From a bacterium (lineage in GTDB: Bacteria > Hydrothermota > Tepidihabitantia > SM23-42 > JAOAFX01): a stretch of DNA of 64,000 bases. Every line of letters begins with the position of its first letter. The first letter of the stretch is position 1. The position numbers and the translations under genes are program-made. The stretch is taken from contig DASVHD010000035.1 in the NCBI GenBank assembly GCA_036382775.1, forward strand, positions 28,804 through 92,803, given 5' to 3'. This document shows, piece by piece, positions 17,326-28,600 of this stretch. The notes beneath the pieces were generated by a model, which saw nothing but the letters and a program-made list of their open reading frames with translations, made no database searches and was not told the origin of the DNA.

Positions 17326-17354
17326 ATTATATGCATTGGATGATATCCTGTCAA
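17326..17354 (-). promoter_or_regulatory. Consensus sigma70 promoter for the PorV-like gene
   Basis: On the minus strand, TTGACA lies at 17354-17349, followed by a 17-nt spacer and TATAAT at 17331-17326. Confidence 0.7.
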
Positions 17355-17407
17355 TAATTATCCACCACCCCCACCTTTATCCTCCATTCCACGGGGACAC
17401 CAGTTAT

Positions 17408-17456
17408 CCCTCACCCCTACCCTCTCCCTTTTTAAGGGAGAGGAATAAGGTGAGGG
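17408..17456. repeat. Family B-like two-tier hairpin element, degenerate copy 4
   Basis: The outer stem is ccctcacc / ggtgaggg (8 bp). The inner stem is cctctccctt / aagggagagg (10 bp) with loop ttt. Confidence 0.65.
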
Positions 17457-17512
17457 TTTAATTTTTAATGCTGCCATCAAGGAGGAGGGAGTAAATGTTG
17501 GGAAAATCTCCC

Positions 17513-17540
17513 TTGACTAATAATATTATTTATATATAAT
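17513..17540 (+). promoter_or_regulatory. Sigma70 promoter of rpsL-rpsG
   Basis: TTGACT lies at 17513-17518, followed by a 16-nt spacer and TATAAT at 17535-17540. The leader before the rpsL SD (AAGGAGG) is about 120 nt. Confidence 0.65.
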
Positions 17541-17662
17541 TATGGTTGCTGATTACAGGCTGAAATTACAGCCAAATTTGTGTAATTTGTTCATCGCTGT
17601 CCCGTAAATCGGGATAATCTATTTTTTCATCCCTGTAATCATTCTTTGCCAAAAGGAGGCAA

Positions 17663-18061
17663 ATGCCAACGATCAATCAACTGATAAGGCTGGGCAGGAG
17701 ACAACAGAAGAGCAAGAGCAAGGCTCCGGCACTGACTGGCAATCCACAGCGCCGCGGCGTATGCACGCGGGTTTACACGACCACTCCGAAGAAGCCCAAC
17801 TCAGCCTTGCGCAAGGTTTGCAAAGTAAGGATGACCAACCACTACGAAGTGACCGCCTACATACCCGGTGAGGGTCACAATCTGCAGGAGCACTCGATCG
17901 TGCTCGTGCGTGGCGGCAGGGTAAAGGATCTACCAGGCGTCCGGTATCATATCGTTCGCGGAAAATACGATGCGGCTGGTGTCGAAGGCAGGAAAAAGAG
18001 CCGTTCTCTCTACGGCGTAAAGCGGCCCAAAGAAACCCCGGCCGCCGCCGCTGCCACCTAA
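17663..18061 (+). CDS. rpsL: 30S ribosomal protein S12
   Basis: It starts MPTINQLIR and contains [10 protein letters not shown] and [13 protein letters not shown]. It has a short Ala-rich C-terminal tail. Confidence 0.97.
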   Translation: MPTINQLIRLGRRQQKSKSKAPALTGNPQRRGVCTRVYTTTPKKPNSALRKVCKVRMTNHYEVTAYIPGEGHNLQEHSIVLVRGGRVKDLPGVRYHIVRGKYDAAGVEGRKKSRSLYGVKRPKETPAAAAAT

Positions 18062-18084
18062 CCGAACTAACCTAAGGAGGTTCA

Positions 18085-18555
18085 ATGGGACGTCGAAGAC
18101 GGGCACAGATAAGAAGGATCCAACCCGATCCGAAATTCAACAGTATCCTGGTCAGTAAGTTCATTAATAACCTGCAATGGGGCGGCAAGCGGGGGACTGC
18201 GCAGAAGATCCTTTTTAACACACTGGTGCAGATCGAAAAGATCACCAAAGAAGACGGCCTCGCGGTTTTCGAGCGCGCGCTCAGCAACGTGAAACCGCTG
18301 CTCGAGGTCAGACCGAGAAGGGTCGGCGGAGCGACATACCAGATCCCCATGGAAGTCAGGCCGAACCGAAAGGAAAGCCTGGCCATAAAATGGATAATCC
18401 GGGCTGCCCGGGAACGCGCCGAGCATCGCATGCAGGACCGACTGGCGCAGGAGATCATCGCGGCCAGCAAGAACGAAGGAACGGCCATGAAGAAACGGGA
18501 AGAAGTCCATAAGATGGCCGAAGCCAACAAAGCTTTCGCCCATTTCCGCTGGTAA
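18085..18555 (+). CDS. rpsG: 30S ribosomal protein S7
   Basis: It has DPKFNS, the core VRPRRVGGATYQIPMEV and a C-terminus ending AFAHFRW. Confidence 0.97.
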   Translation: MGRRRRAQIRRIQPDPKFNSILVSKFINNLQWGGKRGTAQKILFNTLVQIEKITKEDGLAVFERALSNVKPLLEVRPRRVGGATYQIPMEVRPNRKESLAIKWIIRAARERAEHRMQDRLAQEIIAASKNEGTAMKKREEVHKMAEANKAFAHFRW

Positions 18556-18594
18556 TACCGCGGCTCAAACTAAAGTCAAAAAAACAGATCAAAA

Positions 18595-19551
18595 ATGGAC
18601 ATAAAACTGCAGAAAAGACTCAAACGACCGGCCGAAATAGTCATCAAGGAGTGTCTATCAGTAAAAAAAGGTGAGCGATTTGTCATTATCATCGATGAAC
18701 CGTGCCGCGAGATCGGCTACGCGCTTTTCAATGCGGCCAAGGCGGTCACTGACCCCATCATGGTGGAGATGTTACCTCGCGAGATCCACGGCGAAGAACC
18801 GCCTTCATTGATCGCCGAGCTCATGCGAAACTGCGACGTATTCGTGGCGCCGACCAGCCATTCGCTGACGCACACGCAGGCCCGGATCCAGGCCTGCGCT
18901 CATGGCGCACGCGGCGCGACCATGCCCGGGATCACGCCGGACCTGATGATCCGGGCATTGGATGCCGATTACAGGCGCATCAGCGCCCTGGCTAACAAGG
19001 CAAGCCAGGCGCTCACCCAGGCCCGGCACGTTCTGATCAAGACAAAACTCGGCACACACCTGGAATTGAGCGTCGAGAACCGGACCGGCGATCCGGACAC
19101 CGGGATCATTAATAAACCTAAAGCGTTCTCCAACCTGCCGGCAGGTGAAGCCTACGCGGCACCGGTCGAGGGTAAGTCGAACGGAACTGTCGTGATCGAC
19201 GGTTCGTTCGCGCCCCTGGGATTTTTAAAAAAACCGGTCCGCCTGAAGATCAAGCACGGTGAGATAAAGGATGTCAGCGGCAATTGGGAGATCGCGGCCA
19301 TCTTCAAGAAATACGGCAAGAAAGAACGAATCCTGTGCGAACTGGGCATCGGTACGAATTACAAAGCCGCAATCACGGGCAACGTGCTCGAAGACGAAAA
19401 AGTGCTCGGCACGATCCATGTCGCCTTTGGCAACAACCTGGGTTTCGGCGGAAAGAACAAAGCGTGTATACACCTCGACGGCATCGTGAGGAAACCTTAC
19501 GTCTGGCTCGACGGCAAACCATTTATTGAAAATGGCAGACTGCTGCTTTAA
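18595..19551 (+). CDS. Aminopeptidase, M29 (AmpS/aminopeptidase T-like) family
   Basis: It is 318 aa. Its N-terminus (GERFVIIIDEP) and C-terminal block (LGTIHVAFGNN, CIHLDG) resemble short M29 peptidases. Confidence 0.6.
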   Translation: MDIKLQKRLKRPAEIVIKECLSVKKGERFVIIIDEPCREIGYALFNAAKAVTDPIMVEMLPREIHGEEPPSLIAELMRNCDVFVAPTSHSLTHTQARIQACAHGARGATMPGITPDLMIRALDADYRRISALANKASQALTQARHVLIKTKLGTHLELSVENRTGDPDTGIINKPKAFSNLPAGEAYAAPVEGKSNGTVVIDGSFAPLGFLKKPVRLKIKHGEIKDVSGNWEIAAIFKKYGKKERILCELGIGTNYKAAITGNVLEDEKVLGTIHVAFGNNLGFGGKNKACIHLDGIVRKPYVWLDGKPFIENGRLLL

Positions 19552-19556
19552 GACCG

Positions 19557-21242
19557 TTGAGTAACTTCCTCCTTGTCCTCGTAATCTTATCAGCCCCCAT
19601 AAAAAAAGTCGAATTTACTGGGAACGCTTCGATCCCCAGCCGGGTGTTGTATAACGCCATAATTTCAAAAACAAAAGAAACCTTTGACGAGATCAATCTA
19701 ACCTTTGATGCGAACCGCATCGGCCGCGTTTATTACAACCACGGTTTCTTCGACACCAGGGTTATGACCGGCACCCAGATCGATTCCAATGGCGTCAACA
19801 TCACCTTTGCTGTCCAGGAGGGAAGGCGGCCGCGCATCCAGCGGATTGTCTTTGAAGGCGATACGTACAAGGCATATAAACGACTCCTTAAGATCAAGCC
19901 GCGGGATTTCTTTATTCAACTGAAGATCAAGGATTCTGAGACCGGGATCCGCGACTATCTCCTGGATAAGGGCTACGCGTTGGCCAAGGTCTCCACCTCG
20001 GTCCTGGCTGATTCCGGAGCGCTTGTTTTCAGCATTAACAAAGGGTCGATATATTATATAAAGGATATCACGATCCGGGGCCTTAAAGTCTGCAACCCCG
20101 ACGTGGTCCGGCGCGAGATCACGCTCAAGAAGGGCGACCCCTACAGCAAGTCGAAGATACGCACCAGTCAACGCCGGATCTACAGTCTCTCATTTTTCGG
20201 CACGGTCGATGTCGAGATGCTGACCATATCGCCGGACAGCATTGAATTGATCTTCAATATCCGCGAGCTCAAATCACGGATCCTCAATTTTGGTTTCGGC
20301 GTTACGATCCCGCCAAGTTTCCTGGTCTCCTTCGGTATCGAGGAACTCAACCTATTCAATATCGGCCACCGGTTCTTGATCCGGCCGTCATTCCGTATAA
20401 AGACCGAACGGGCATGGGAGGCTAAGCTGGAAGGCCGCTACATAGTTCCCAACATCACACCGGCCAGGCTGACGCTCACGTTGCTGCCGTTCTACTGGCG
20501 CGAGGACACCAAGGCATACGTGCGCAAGACGACCGGCGGTGAGATCCGGCTTTCAAAGATATACACCGATCACATCCAGGTCACCTTTGCCAATAAATAC
20601 AAGTATGTCGATTATATGGCCCGCACCACCGATGTCGACACGGCAAAGGGCATTACCAACAGCATCAAGCTTGAACTGATGGCGGATTACCGCGATGAAT
20701 TTTTCAACCCGAAACGCGGACTGTACTGCACGCCGTTCATCGAATACGCAGGTGGCATACTGGGTGGGCGCAACGATTACATCCGGCCGGAAATGGAGTT
20801 GCGTCTTTTCAAATCAATATATTTCACCACGATCGCCCAGCGGCTGAGGGTCGGAATGATGATCTCCACCGGCAATCTGGCGACCGATGAGAAATATTCG
20901 ATCGGCGGCCAGTATTCAGTGCGGGGTTATGATGAAAAATCGATCGGGCCGGACAGCCTGGCCATCGACAGCACCCACTACGGCAACGTGATCATCAATT
21001 ATAACCTGGAATACCGGATCCACCTGCCTCTTAGCACCGGAGTACTTGGTTTTCTGGATATTGGATATGTTGACAACACTTTCAACGTGCAGAACAGCGA
21101 TTACCTGAAATTCAGTGCCGGCTTCGGCCTTCGGTACTATTCGCCGATCGGTCCGGTGCGCGCGGACCTGGGTTTTCCGCTAAATGCGGTCAACGGTGAA
21201 CGTCGGCCCCAGATCTATGTCGGTATCTATCACATTTTCTAA
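19557..21242 (+). CDS. tamA: Omp85-family outer-membrane assembly protein, TamA/BamA-like
   Basis: It has POTRA-like repeats (IQRIVFEGD, IKDITIRGL) followed by a surface-antigen beta-barrel ending in an aromatic residue (GIYHIF). Its size fits TamA, and it is followed by a TamB-like gene. Confidence 0.7.
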   Translation: MSNFLLVLVILSAPIKKVEFTGNASIPSRVLYNAIISKTKETFDEINLTFDANRIGRVYYNHGFFDTRVMTGTQIDSNGVNITFAVQEGRRPRIQRIVFEGDTYKAYKRLLKIKPRDFFIQLKIKDSETGIRDYLLDKGYALAKVSTSVLADSGALVFSINKGSIYYIKDITIRGLKVCNPDVVRREITLKKGDPYSKSKIRTSQRRIYSLSFFGTVDVEMLTISPDSIELIFNIRELKSRILNFGFGVTIPPSFLVSFGIEELNLFNIGHRFLIRPSFRIKTERAWEAKLEGRYIVPNITPARLTLTLLPFYWREDTKAYVRKTTGGEIRLSKIYTDHIQVTFANKYKYVDYMARTTDVDTAKGITNSIKLELMADYRDEFFNPKRGLYCTPFIEYAGGILGGRNDYIRPEMELRLFKSIYFTTIAQRLRVGMMISTGNLATDEKYSIGGQYSVRGYDEKSIGPDSLAIDSTHYGNVIINYNLEYRIHLPLSTGVLGFLDIGYVDNTFNVQNSDYLKFSAGFGLRYYSPIGPVRADLGFPLNAVNGERRPQIYVGIYHIF

Positions 21243-21253
21243 ATCGCACGACC

Positions 21254-24200
21254 ATGGTACAAGATATCAATAAAGGGCTCGTTACCACCGCTCCAGCCGG
21301 CAAAGAAAAGGGGAAATTCCCTTTGAAACGAGTGATCGTGTGGAGCATTATCGCCGCGGTAATCATCGCCATGGGCATCGTCGTCAAGGCCATAAATTTC
21401 GGCAAACTGACGGTCGACATTATCGAGCGTAACGCCCATATTACGATAACCTACAAGGAAATGCAGGGCAATATTCTCAGCGGTTTTCGGATCGACGGCT
21501 ATAACGTGAAGATCTCGGAATCGGACAGCGCTTATGGGAACTATGCCGAGATAAATTACCGCTTGTCTTTTCGGCGGCTGGGTCTGCCGACATTTTTTGA
21601 GATCAACCTGCTCGAACCGACCGTTCACATCACCCAGAAGAAACAGAGTACAAGCGCCGGCGGCGGGTTCCGTTTCCCTAACCTGTACCTCGGCTTGCGC
21701 ATAAATGTCAAGAATGGCACGGTCATATATGATAACGTTTCGCCTTATGTCACGGAAAGGATCTCCGGACTGATCTTCATCGATTTTGTGGGAACAAAGA
21801 TCTACGTAAGCACGATGAACCTCAGCTTTACCAGCCGGAATTATCCGATCTCCGTCACGTCTCTTAATGCGGCAGCGACGATCAGTTCCAGGAATATTGC
21901 GATCCGCTCGCTGAAATTGAAAGGCAAGGGTTTGCTCATCGACGGTCAGGCCGATCTGGACATGGTCAACCGGCGGTTCAATGGGATTATAAAGAAAATG
22001 GAGATCGATCTCGAAAAGTTAGATCTCTACAAGGGCACGGTCAACTGCCAGGGCGCTATCGCCTACGCCGACGGCCGGTTCCAGCCGGAACTCCGCGGAG
22101 ACTGTGCCGGATTTTATCCAGCGGACCGATTCAAGTTCGAGACCACTTACCTGGGCGATACGATAATAATCAATGCCTTTGACGGCGAAATGCTCCAGGG
22201 CAGCTTCTTCGCTCAGATCCGGTTCCTCGATCTCAAACACTGGGATATGGAAACGAATTTCCGCAACCTCAATGCCGCGCTATTGTTGAACCGCCGCGAA
22301 CCGCTCTTGATCAACGGTTTTGCCGGATACCAGGACAACAAGTTTAACGGCTTCATCAACTCCACCAGCGACAGCGGCATTGCCGTGGACTCGCTCTTTT
22401 TGTTCGGCTACCGTTCCGGGACCGCGGTCTACCTTGATTCGTTGTATGTCCGGGAAGGAAAGGAGCGGCTCCGCTTAAGCGGGCTTGTCTGGCCGCAGTG
22501 CAGCCTGCTTGTGAAACTTGATGATTTCGCGGTCGACCGCTGGAACCGCTTTCTCGCCATGAAGGGCTCGCTGTCAGGCCAGGCCGTTGTTTGGGGCGAC
22601 TGGAAAAAAGTAAGGCATATGACCTTTAGCGCGGATATTGCCGGACGGCAGTTCTCCCTGTTCGATATCGCATGCAACGATCTCGCCTTCAAGGCGACGC
22701 GGTTCACGTATGGCGACACGATCCCGCTGCTGGAACTCCGGGCCACGGCAATTTCGTACAAAAACATGGCACTGGATACGCTCGGGTTCAGGGTCGAGCA
22801 CAATCGGTTTTCGATCCTTGGCCGGAAAGCCAGCGACAGCCTGATCATAGCCGGTGAACTCGGAAATGATCTTCAAGGCACGGTCACGCAGCTCGACCTG
22901 TGGTATCGCGGCTTGTCCATGGCCAGCATTGAACCGATCATGTTTGACGGACTGAAAAAGAAGATCGGCGCTTTCAATTTCGCGATATGCGGCGGAACAT
23001 TCTCCGGCTCCATTGCGCCGACCGAACTCCGCCTTTCCGGCATCGATCTCGCCCAAGTGGGCCGGGCTCTGAACCTGAAAGTACTGATCGCCGGCAAACT
23101 GAACGCTTCATTGCACAAGGATACGGTCCTGCTCGATGCCCGCGCCATCGATTTTCTGGGCCTGGCGAACGGATCGATCGCCCTGAAAGGCGCGTTTAAG
23201 AGCAATGGCATCGCAGTAGAATCGCTAACTGTTGTCGACGACAACGGCCAGCGGGTGAGCGGACGCGGGCTGGTTTCGAACGCGGCATCCGATTTCAGCG
23301 TGCAATGCGAGAATTTAAGAACTTGGGTATTCCCCTTCCTGAAAAATATGCTGCAGAACCCGGATGGAGTGCTCAACGGCTCGGTGCGGTTCACCGGCAC
23401 CTTCGATGACTTCGCGCTTACCGGCAACGGCACGATCACGGACGGCCGGTTCGGTATCAAGATCATCGGCGATGAATTCGACTCGGTGCAGGCAAAGATC
23501 AGGTTCGATGGCCGGATGATATATTTTGAGTCCATGCAGGGCATTGTCTATGCAAGCTCGGACACGAGACGCATTTACAGTGCGCCGGTCACCGGCAGCG
23601 GGTTCGTGAAGCTGGAACCGCGGTTCAGGGTCAGAAATTTGAATTTCGACTTCAGTTTTCGCAACGCGCCCGGTCACTACGTGCCTTATGCTTACGGTAA
23701 AGGCACGGGCAATTTTTCCATCGGCATTAAGGATCTAATTCCCTATTATAACGGTAACATCAATGTCAGCGAGGGGGTCGTCCCCGTGGAATTCGGCATG
23801 CAGATCGTGGAGGACGTGGGAAAGAAACCCGACAACTACCGCATGAACATCAAGATCAGCGGCGACCGCAATATCTGGCTCCGCAACCGCGATGCGGACA
23901 TCGAATTCGGCGGCGAGATCTACATCATCAAGGAGCACGGACCGCTATACATCACCGGTTCTCTCGAGACAAAACGCGGAACGTATTACTGGCTCAACCA
24001 CGCCCTCACGATCACCGAAGGCAACGTGATCTTCGTTCCCGAGGCCGAAATGATCGACCCGGAACTCGATATCTGGGCGGAAATGAACACCCACGAACGC
24101 TCCCAGGAGTCAAATGCAGAGATCAAGATAAAACTCCATTTCTTCGGACCGATCTCTTCGCCGATCTTCGAATTTTTCACCGAACCCGAGGGTATTTTCA

Positions 24201-24586
24201 CCGAGCAGGATATCGTCACTTACCTTAACCTGAACATCACGTGGCGCGAGCTCGAATCGATGCAGCAGGGTTCGTACATGAGCGATGTGCTGCCGAGAAG
24301 CCTGCTCGCCTGGCTGGAAAGCGATGTTTCCCGCCGGATCCGCGCCTATACCGGGCTTGACTATTTCCGCATCGACGCGCCGCTCTTCCAGACGGATGAA
24401 AAAACCAAGCTCACGGTCGGCAAGTACATCTCCAGGAACCTGTTCATCACCTACACCTACGACATCACCGATTTCGACAATGAATTCAACGTCGAGTATT
24501 TTATCGACGACCGCAACGAGATACTGATCCGCAGGGACGATACCGGTGAATACGGCATGGAATATCAGTACCGGATAAGGTTTTAA
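21254..24586 (+). CDS. tamB: Translocation and assembly module protein TamB-like (DUF490 C-terminus)
   Basis: It is 1110 aa with an N-terminal TM anchor and a long beta-rich body. The C-terminal block (LTVGKYISRNLFITYTY ... YQYRIRF) is typical of TamB. Confidence 0.7.
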   Translation: MVQDINKGLVTTAPAGKEKGKFPLKRVIVWSIIAAVIIAMGIVVKAINFGKLTVDIIERNAHITITYKEMQGNILSGFRIDGYNVKISESDSAYGNYAEINYRLSFRRLGLPTFFEINLLEPTVHITQKKQSTSAGGGFRFPNLYLGLRINVKNGTVIYDNVSPYVTERISGLIFIDFVGTKIYVSTMNLSFTSRNYPISVTSLNAAATISSRNIAIRSLKLKGKGLLIDGQADLDMVNRRFNGIIKKMEIDLEKLDLYKGTVNCQGAIAYADGRFQPELRGDCAGFYPADRFKFETTYLGDTIIINAFDGEMLQGSFFAQIRFLDLKHWDMETNFRNLNAALLLNRREPLLINGFAGYQDNKFNGFINSTSDSGIAVDSLFLFGYRSGTAVYLDSLYVREGKERLRLSGLVWPQCSLLVKLDDFAVDRWNRFLAMKGSLSGQAVVWGDWKKVRHMTFSADIAGRQFSLFDIACNDLAFKATRFTYGDTIPLLELRATAISYKNMALDTLGFRVEHNRFSILGRKASDSLIIAGELGNDLQGTVTQLDLWYRGLSMASIEPIMFDGLKKKIGAFNFAICGGTFSGSIAPTELRLSGIDLAQVGRALNLKVLIAGKLNASLHKDTVLLDARAIDFLGLANGSIALKGAFKSNGIAVESLTVVDDNGQRVSGRGLVSNAASDFSVQCENLRTWVFPFLKNMLQNPDGVLNGSVRFTGTFDDFALTGNGTITDGRFGIKIIGDEFDSVQAKIRFDGRMIYFESMQGIVYASSDTRRIYSAPVTGSGFVKLEPRFRVRNLNFDFSFRNAPGHYVPYAYGKGTGNFSIGIKDLIPYYNGNINVSEGVVPVEFGMQIVEDVGKKPDNYRMNIKISGDRNIWLRNRDADIEFGGEIYIIKEHGPLYITGSLETKRGTYYWLNHALTITEGNVIFVPEAEMIDPELDIWAEMNTHERSQESNAEIKIKLHFFGPISSPIFEFFTEPEGIFTEQDIVTYLNLNITWRELESMQQGSYMSDVLPRSLLAWLESDVSRRIRAYTGLDYFRIDAPLFQTDEKTKLTVGKYISRNLFITYTYDITDFDNEFNVEYFIDDRNEILIRRDDTGEYGMEYQYRIRF

Positions 24587-24591
24587 GAAAA

Positions 24592-25686
24592 ATGAGTGCA
24601 CGGCACGGCCATCAAGGCAAGCTGCGCAGAGCAACGCTGCTGTTGGAAGACGGTTCGGCTTTTGAAGGCTATTCGTTCGGCGCCAGCAGATCCGTGGCCG
24701 GCGAGGTCGTGTTCAACACGGGTATGGTCGGCTATCCCGAGAGCCTCACCGATCCTTCCTACCGCGGTCAGATCCTTGTCCTGACCTATCCCCTCATCGG
24801 CAACTACGGCGTTCCCGGCAGAACGATGGATGAAAACAGGATCCTTGAGTTTTTCGAATCCTCGAAAGTCCAGGTCGAAGCGTTGGTGATAACCAACCAG
24901 CCCGATGTGTATTCGCACTGGAATGCGCGCATGTCATTGCCGGAGTGGCTGGAACACGAATCCATACCCGGTATCTGGGGCGTCGATACGCGCATGATCA
25001 CCAAAAAGCTGCGCGAGCAGGGAACCATGCTGGGTAAGATCGTTTCCGCCAGGCCCACCGTCCCGTATACCGACCCCAATAAGCGCAACCTGGTCGCGGA
25101 GGTCAGCATCAAGGAACCAGTTCTCTACCGCCAGGGCAAGAAACGCGTTATTATCATAGACTGCGGTGTTAAAAACAACATCATCAAATCCTTCCTGCGC
25201 AGGAATATCACGGTCGTGCGCGTACCGTGGAACTACAATATCATGAGAGAAAATTGTCACGGCATTGTCATTTCCAACGGCCCCGGCGACCCGACGCGCT
25301 GTCACGAAACGATCGAACACGTGCGCCAGGCGATCGAAAAGAACATCCCGATAATGGGGATCTGCCTGGGCAGCCAGATCCTGGGACTTGCCAGCGGCGC
25401 CCGGACCTATAAACTAAAATACGGTCACCGCAGCCAGAATCAACCCTGCATTGAGGTGGGTTCGAAGCGGTGTTACATAACGTCTCAGAACCATGGCTAC
25501 GCGATCGACGATACCACTCTGTCAGAGGACTGGCGGACATGGTTCTATAACAATAACGACCGCACGAACGAGGGGATCATCCATATCTCCAAACCGTTCT
25601 TCGGCGCCCAGTTCCATCCTGAAGCGTTTCCGGGTCCGGATGATACTGAATTTTTGTTTGATATGTTCCTGCGCGCGATGGATTGA
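24592..25686 (+). CDS. carA: Carbamoyl-phosphate synthase small (glutaminase) subunit
   Basis: It has ATLLLEDGSAFEGYSFGA at the N-terminus, the GATase catalytic motif GICLGSQ and the His-Glu pair in QFHPE. Confidence 0.93.
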   Translation: MSARHGHQGKLRRATLLLEDGSAFEGYSFGASRSVAGEVVFNTGMVGYPESLTDPSYRGQILVLTYPLIGNYGVPGRTMDENRILEFFESSKVQVEALVITNQPDVYSHWNARMSLPEWLEHESIPGIWGVDTRMITKKLREQGTMLGKIVSARPTVPYTDPNKRNLVAEVSIKEPVLYRQGKKRVIIIDCGVKNNIIKSFLRRNITVVRVPWNYNIMRENCHGIVISNGPGDPTRCHETIEHVRQAIEKNIPIMGICLGSQILGLASGARTYKLKYGHRSQNQPCIEVGSKRCYITSQNHGYAIDDTTLSEDWRTWFYNNNDRTNEGIIHISKPFFGAQFHPEAFPGPDDTEFLFDMFLRAMD

Positions 25687-25695
25687 GACCTGAGC

Positions 25696-28600
25696 ATGCA
25701 CGTAATGAGCAGATCGGATACGAAGAAGGTCCTGATCCTGGGGTCAGGCGCCATACGAATCGGCCAGGCCGGCGAATTTGACTACTCGGGCAGCCAGGCG
25801 ATAAAAGCGCTCCAGGAAGAAGGCATCAAGACCGTCCTGATCAATCCGAACATTGCCACGATACAGACATCGGATTATCTTGCCGATAAGGTTTATTTCT
25901 TGCCGCTGGACACTTACTTTGTCACCAAGGTTATAGAAAAAGAACAGCCCGACAGCATCATGCTCAGCTTTGGAGGCCAAACCGCGTTGAACGTTGGCAT
26001 CGCCCTGCATGATTCCGGCGTGCTTCAAAAACACAAGATCAAGGTGCTCGGCACACCGGTCGATGCGATCCGCAATACCGAGGACCGGGATCTCTTCGTT
26101 AAAAAACTAAAAGAAATCGACCTGCAGACACCAGCCAGCAGCGCCGTATCGAGCACTGCTGAAGCCGTTTCGTGCGCCCGCCGCTTGGGATACCCGGTCA
26201 TGTGCCGGTCCGCCTATGCCCTGGGCGGACTGGGTTCAGGCGTCGCGTACGAACAGAAACAATTGAAGTCCCTTGTCAAGCGGGCTTTCGCGCACACCAA
26301 CCAGGTCTTGATCGAGGAGTATTTTGGCGGATGGAAGGAACTTGAATACGAAGTGGTGCGCGACTGCCACGACAACTGCATCGTCGTCTGTTCCATGGAA
26401 AACATCGACCCAATGGGGATCCACACCGGCGAATCGATCGTCGTGTCGCCCGTTCAGACTCTCACCGCCTCGGAGAATTTCAAACTACGCGCGCTGGCGA
26501 TCAAGGTCATCCGTCATCTGGGTATCGTGGGCGAATGCAATATTCAGTTCGCCCTGGACCCGGGTTCCGAGGATTATCGCATCATTGAAGTTAACGCGCG
26601 GCTAAGCCGCAGTTCAGCCCTGGCATCAAAGGCAACAGGGTATCCCCTGGCGTTCATCGCCTCGAAACTGGCCTTAGGGTACAGCCTGACCGAACTGGAG
26701 AACAACATAACCAAAGCGACAGCGGCATGCTTTGAACCGGCGCTCGACTACATTGTCGTGAAATACCCGCGCTGGGACCTGCAAAAATTCAAACGCGTTA
26801 CGCGCCAGATCGGTTCGGAGATGAAATCAGTCGGCGAAGTCATGGCGATCGGCCGGGGGTTCGAAGAAACTCTGCAGAAAGCGATCCGCATGCTTGACAT
26901 CGGGCTGAAAGGCCTGGTCTGCAACGACCTCAAGTTCCCTGGCCTGACCGCGGAGCTTCGCGCGCCGACCGACAAGAGAATGTTCGCGATCGTCGAAGCC
27001 ATCAGAAGGGGTTTTAGCATCGACCGCATCTACAAATTGACCGGCGTCGATCCCTTCTTTCTGCAAAAGATCCGCGCGGTCGTTACGCTCGCGTCAAGGT
27101 TGCAGAAATTTTCAACCGCCACGATCCCGCGCGAGGTTTTGAACGAAGCCAAGCAAAAGGGTTTTTCCGACGAACAGATCGCCGAGCTGCTCAATAGCGA
27201 TGAGCTTACGATCCGTAAGAAGCGTAAACAGTGGGGGATCATTCCCCGCGTGAAGCAGATCGATACGCTGGCAGCCGAGTACCCGGCCCGGACCAATTAC
27301 TTGTACCTGACTTATCATGGCAGCGAGGACGATATATCCTTTGATGACAAAAAACAGATCGCTGTCCTGGGCGGCGGGGCATACCGCATTGGCTCGTCGG
27401 TAGAATTCGACTGGTGCTGCGTGAACTCGGTATTGACCCTCAAGAACCTTCATTACCGGACGATCATGGTGAACTGCAATCCGGAGACGGTCAGCACTGA
27501 CTACGATATCTGCGACAAGCTGTACTTCGAGGAACTGAGCTTCGAGCGGGTACTTGATATCTATGAAAAGGAAAGACCGCTCGGTGTCATTATTTCCATG
27601 GGCGGGCAGATCCCGAACAACCTCGCGCTCCCGCTGACGCGGCAGGGTGTGGCGATCCTGGGCACGAGCCCGCGTGATATCGACCGCGCCGAGGACCGGC
27701 ATAAGTTCTCCAAACTTTTGGATGAACTAAAAGTAGCGCAACCGGCCTGGCGGGAATTGAGCAGCATCCGTGACGCGCAGCGGTTCGCCGACCGTGTCGG
27801 CTATCCGGTCCTGGTCAGGCCCAGCTATGTACTGAGCGGCGCGGCCATGAGCATCGCCCTATCGAGCGCAGAGCTCAGGGAGTATCTCAAAAAGGCGTCG
27901 CTGGTTACCAAAGACCACCCCGTGGTCATAAGCAAGTTCATAACGGCGGCCAAGGAGATCGAGATCGACGCCATTGCCCGGAAGGGCGAGGTATACTGCT
28001 ACGCCATATCCGAACATGTGGAGAACGCCGGCGTGCATTCGGGCGACGCGACCATGGTACTGCCGCCGCAGCGTACGTACCTGGAAACGATGCGGCGCAT
28101 AAAAATGGTCACGCGAAACATCGCCCGCGCGCTGAGCATCACGGGGCCGTTCAACATCCAGTTCATCGCCAAGGACAACGACATCCAGGTGATCGAGTGC
28201 AACCTGCGCGCATCCCGGAGCTTTCCCTTCGTTTCCAAGGTCTTCAAGATAAATTTCATCGACCTTGCCACGAGGGTCATGCTGGGTCATGACGTGCCGC
28301 GCATCGAGCGTTCCTCGTTTGACTTAGATTACATCGGCGTTAAAGCCTCGCAGTTCTCCTTCACGCGGTTGAAGGGTTCGGACCCGGTGCTCGGCGTGGA
28401 AATGGTCTCGACCGGCGAGGTTGCCTGCATCGGCGATGATTTCAACGAAGCATTCCTGAAGAGCCTTATCGCCATCGGGTTCAGGCTGCCCCAGAGATCC
28501 ATCCTCTTATCCACGGGCGCGATCGAAAGCAAGGCTGAGTTCCTGGAATATACCAGGCTTTTGAGCAATATGGGGTTCAAGCTTTACGCAACCAGGGGCA

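Noticed and set aside
17495-17539. 14-codon ORF (MLGKSPLTNNIIYI*) preceded by a strong AGGAGG-like sequence upstream of rpsL.
   Set aside because: The SD-like purine run lies in the purine-rich sequence just downstream of the family B-like hairpin (17408-17456). The ORF also overlaps the -35/-10 of the rpsL promoter, so it would lie upstream of the transcript start.
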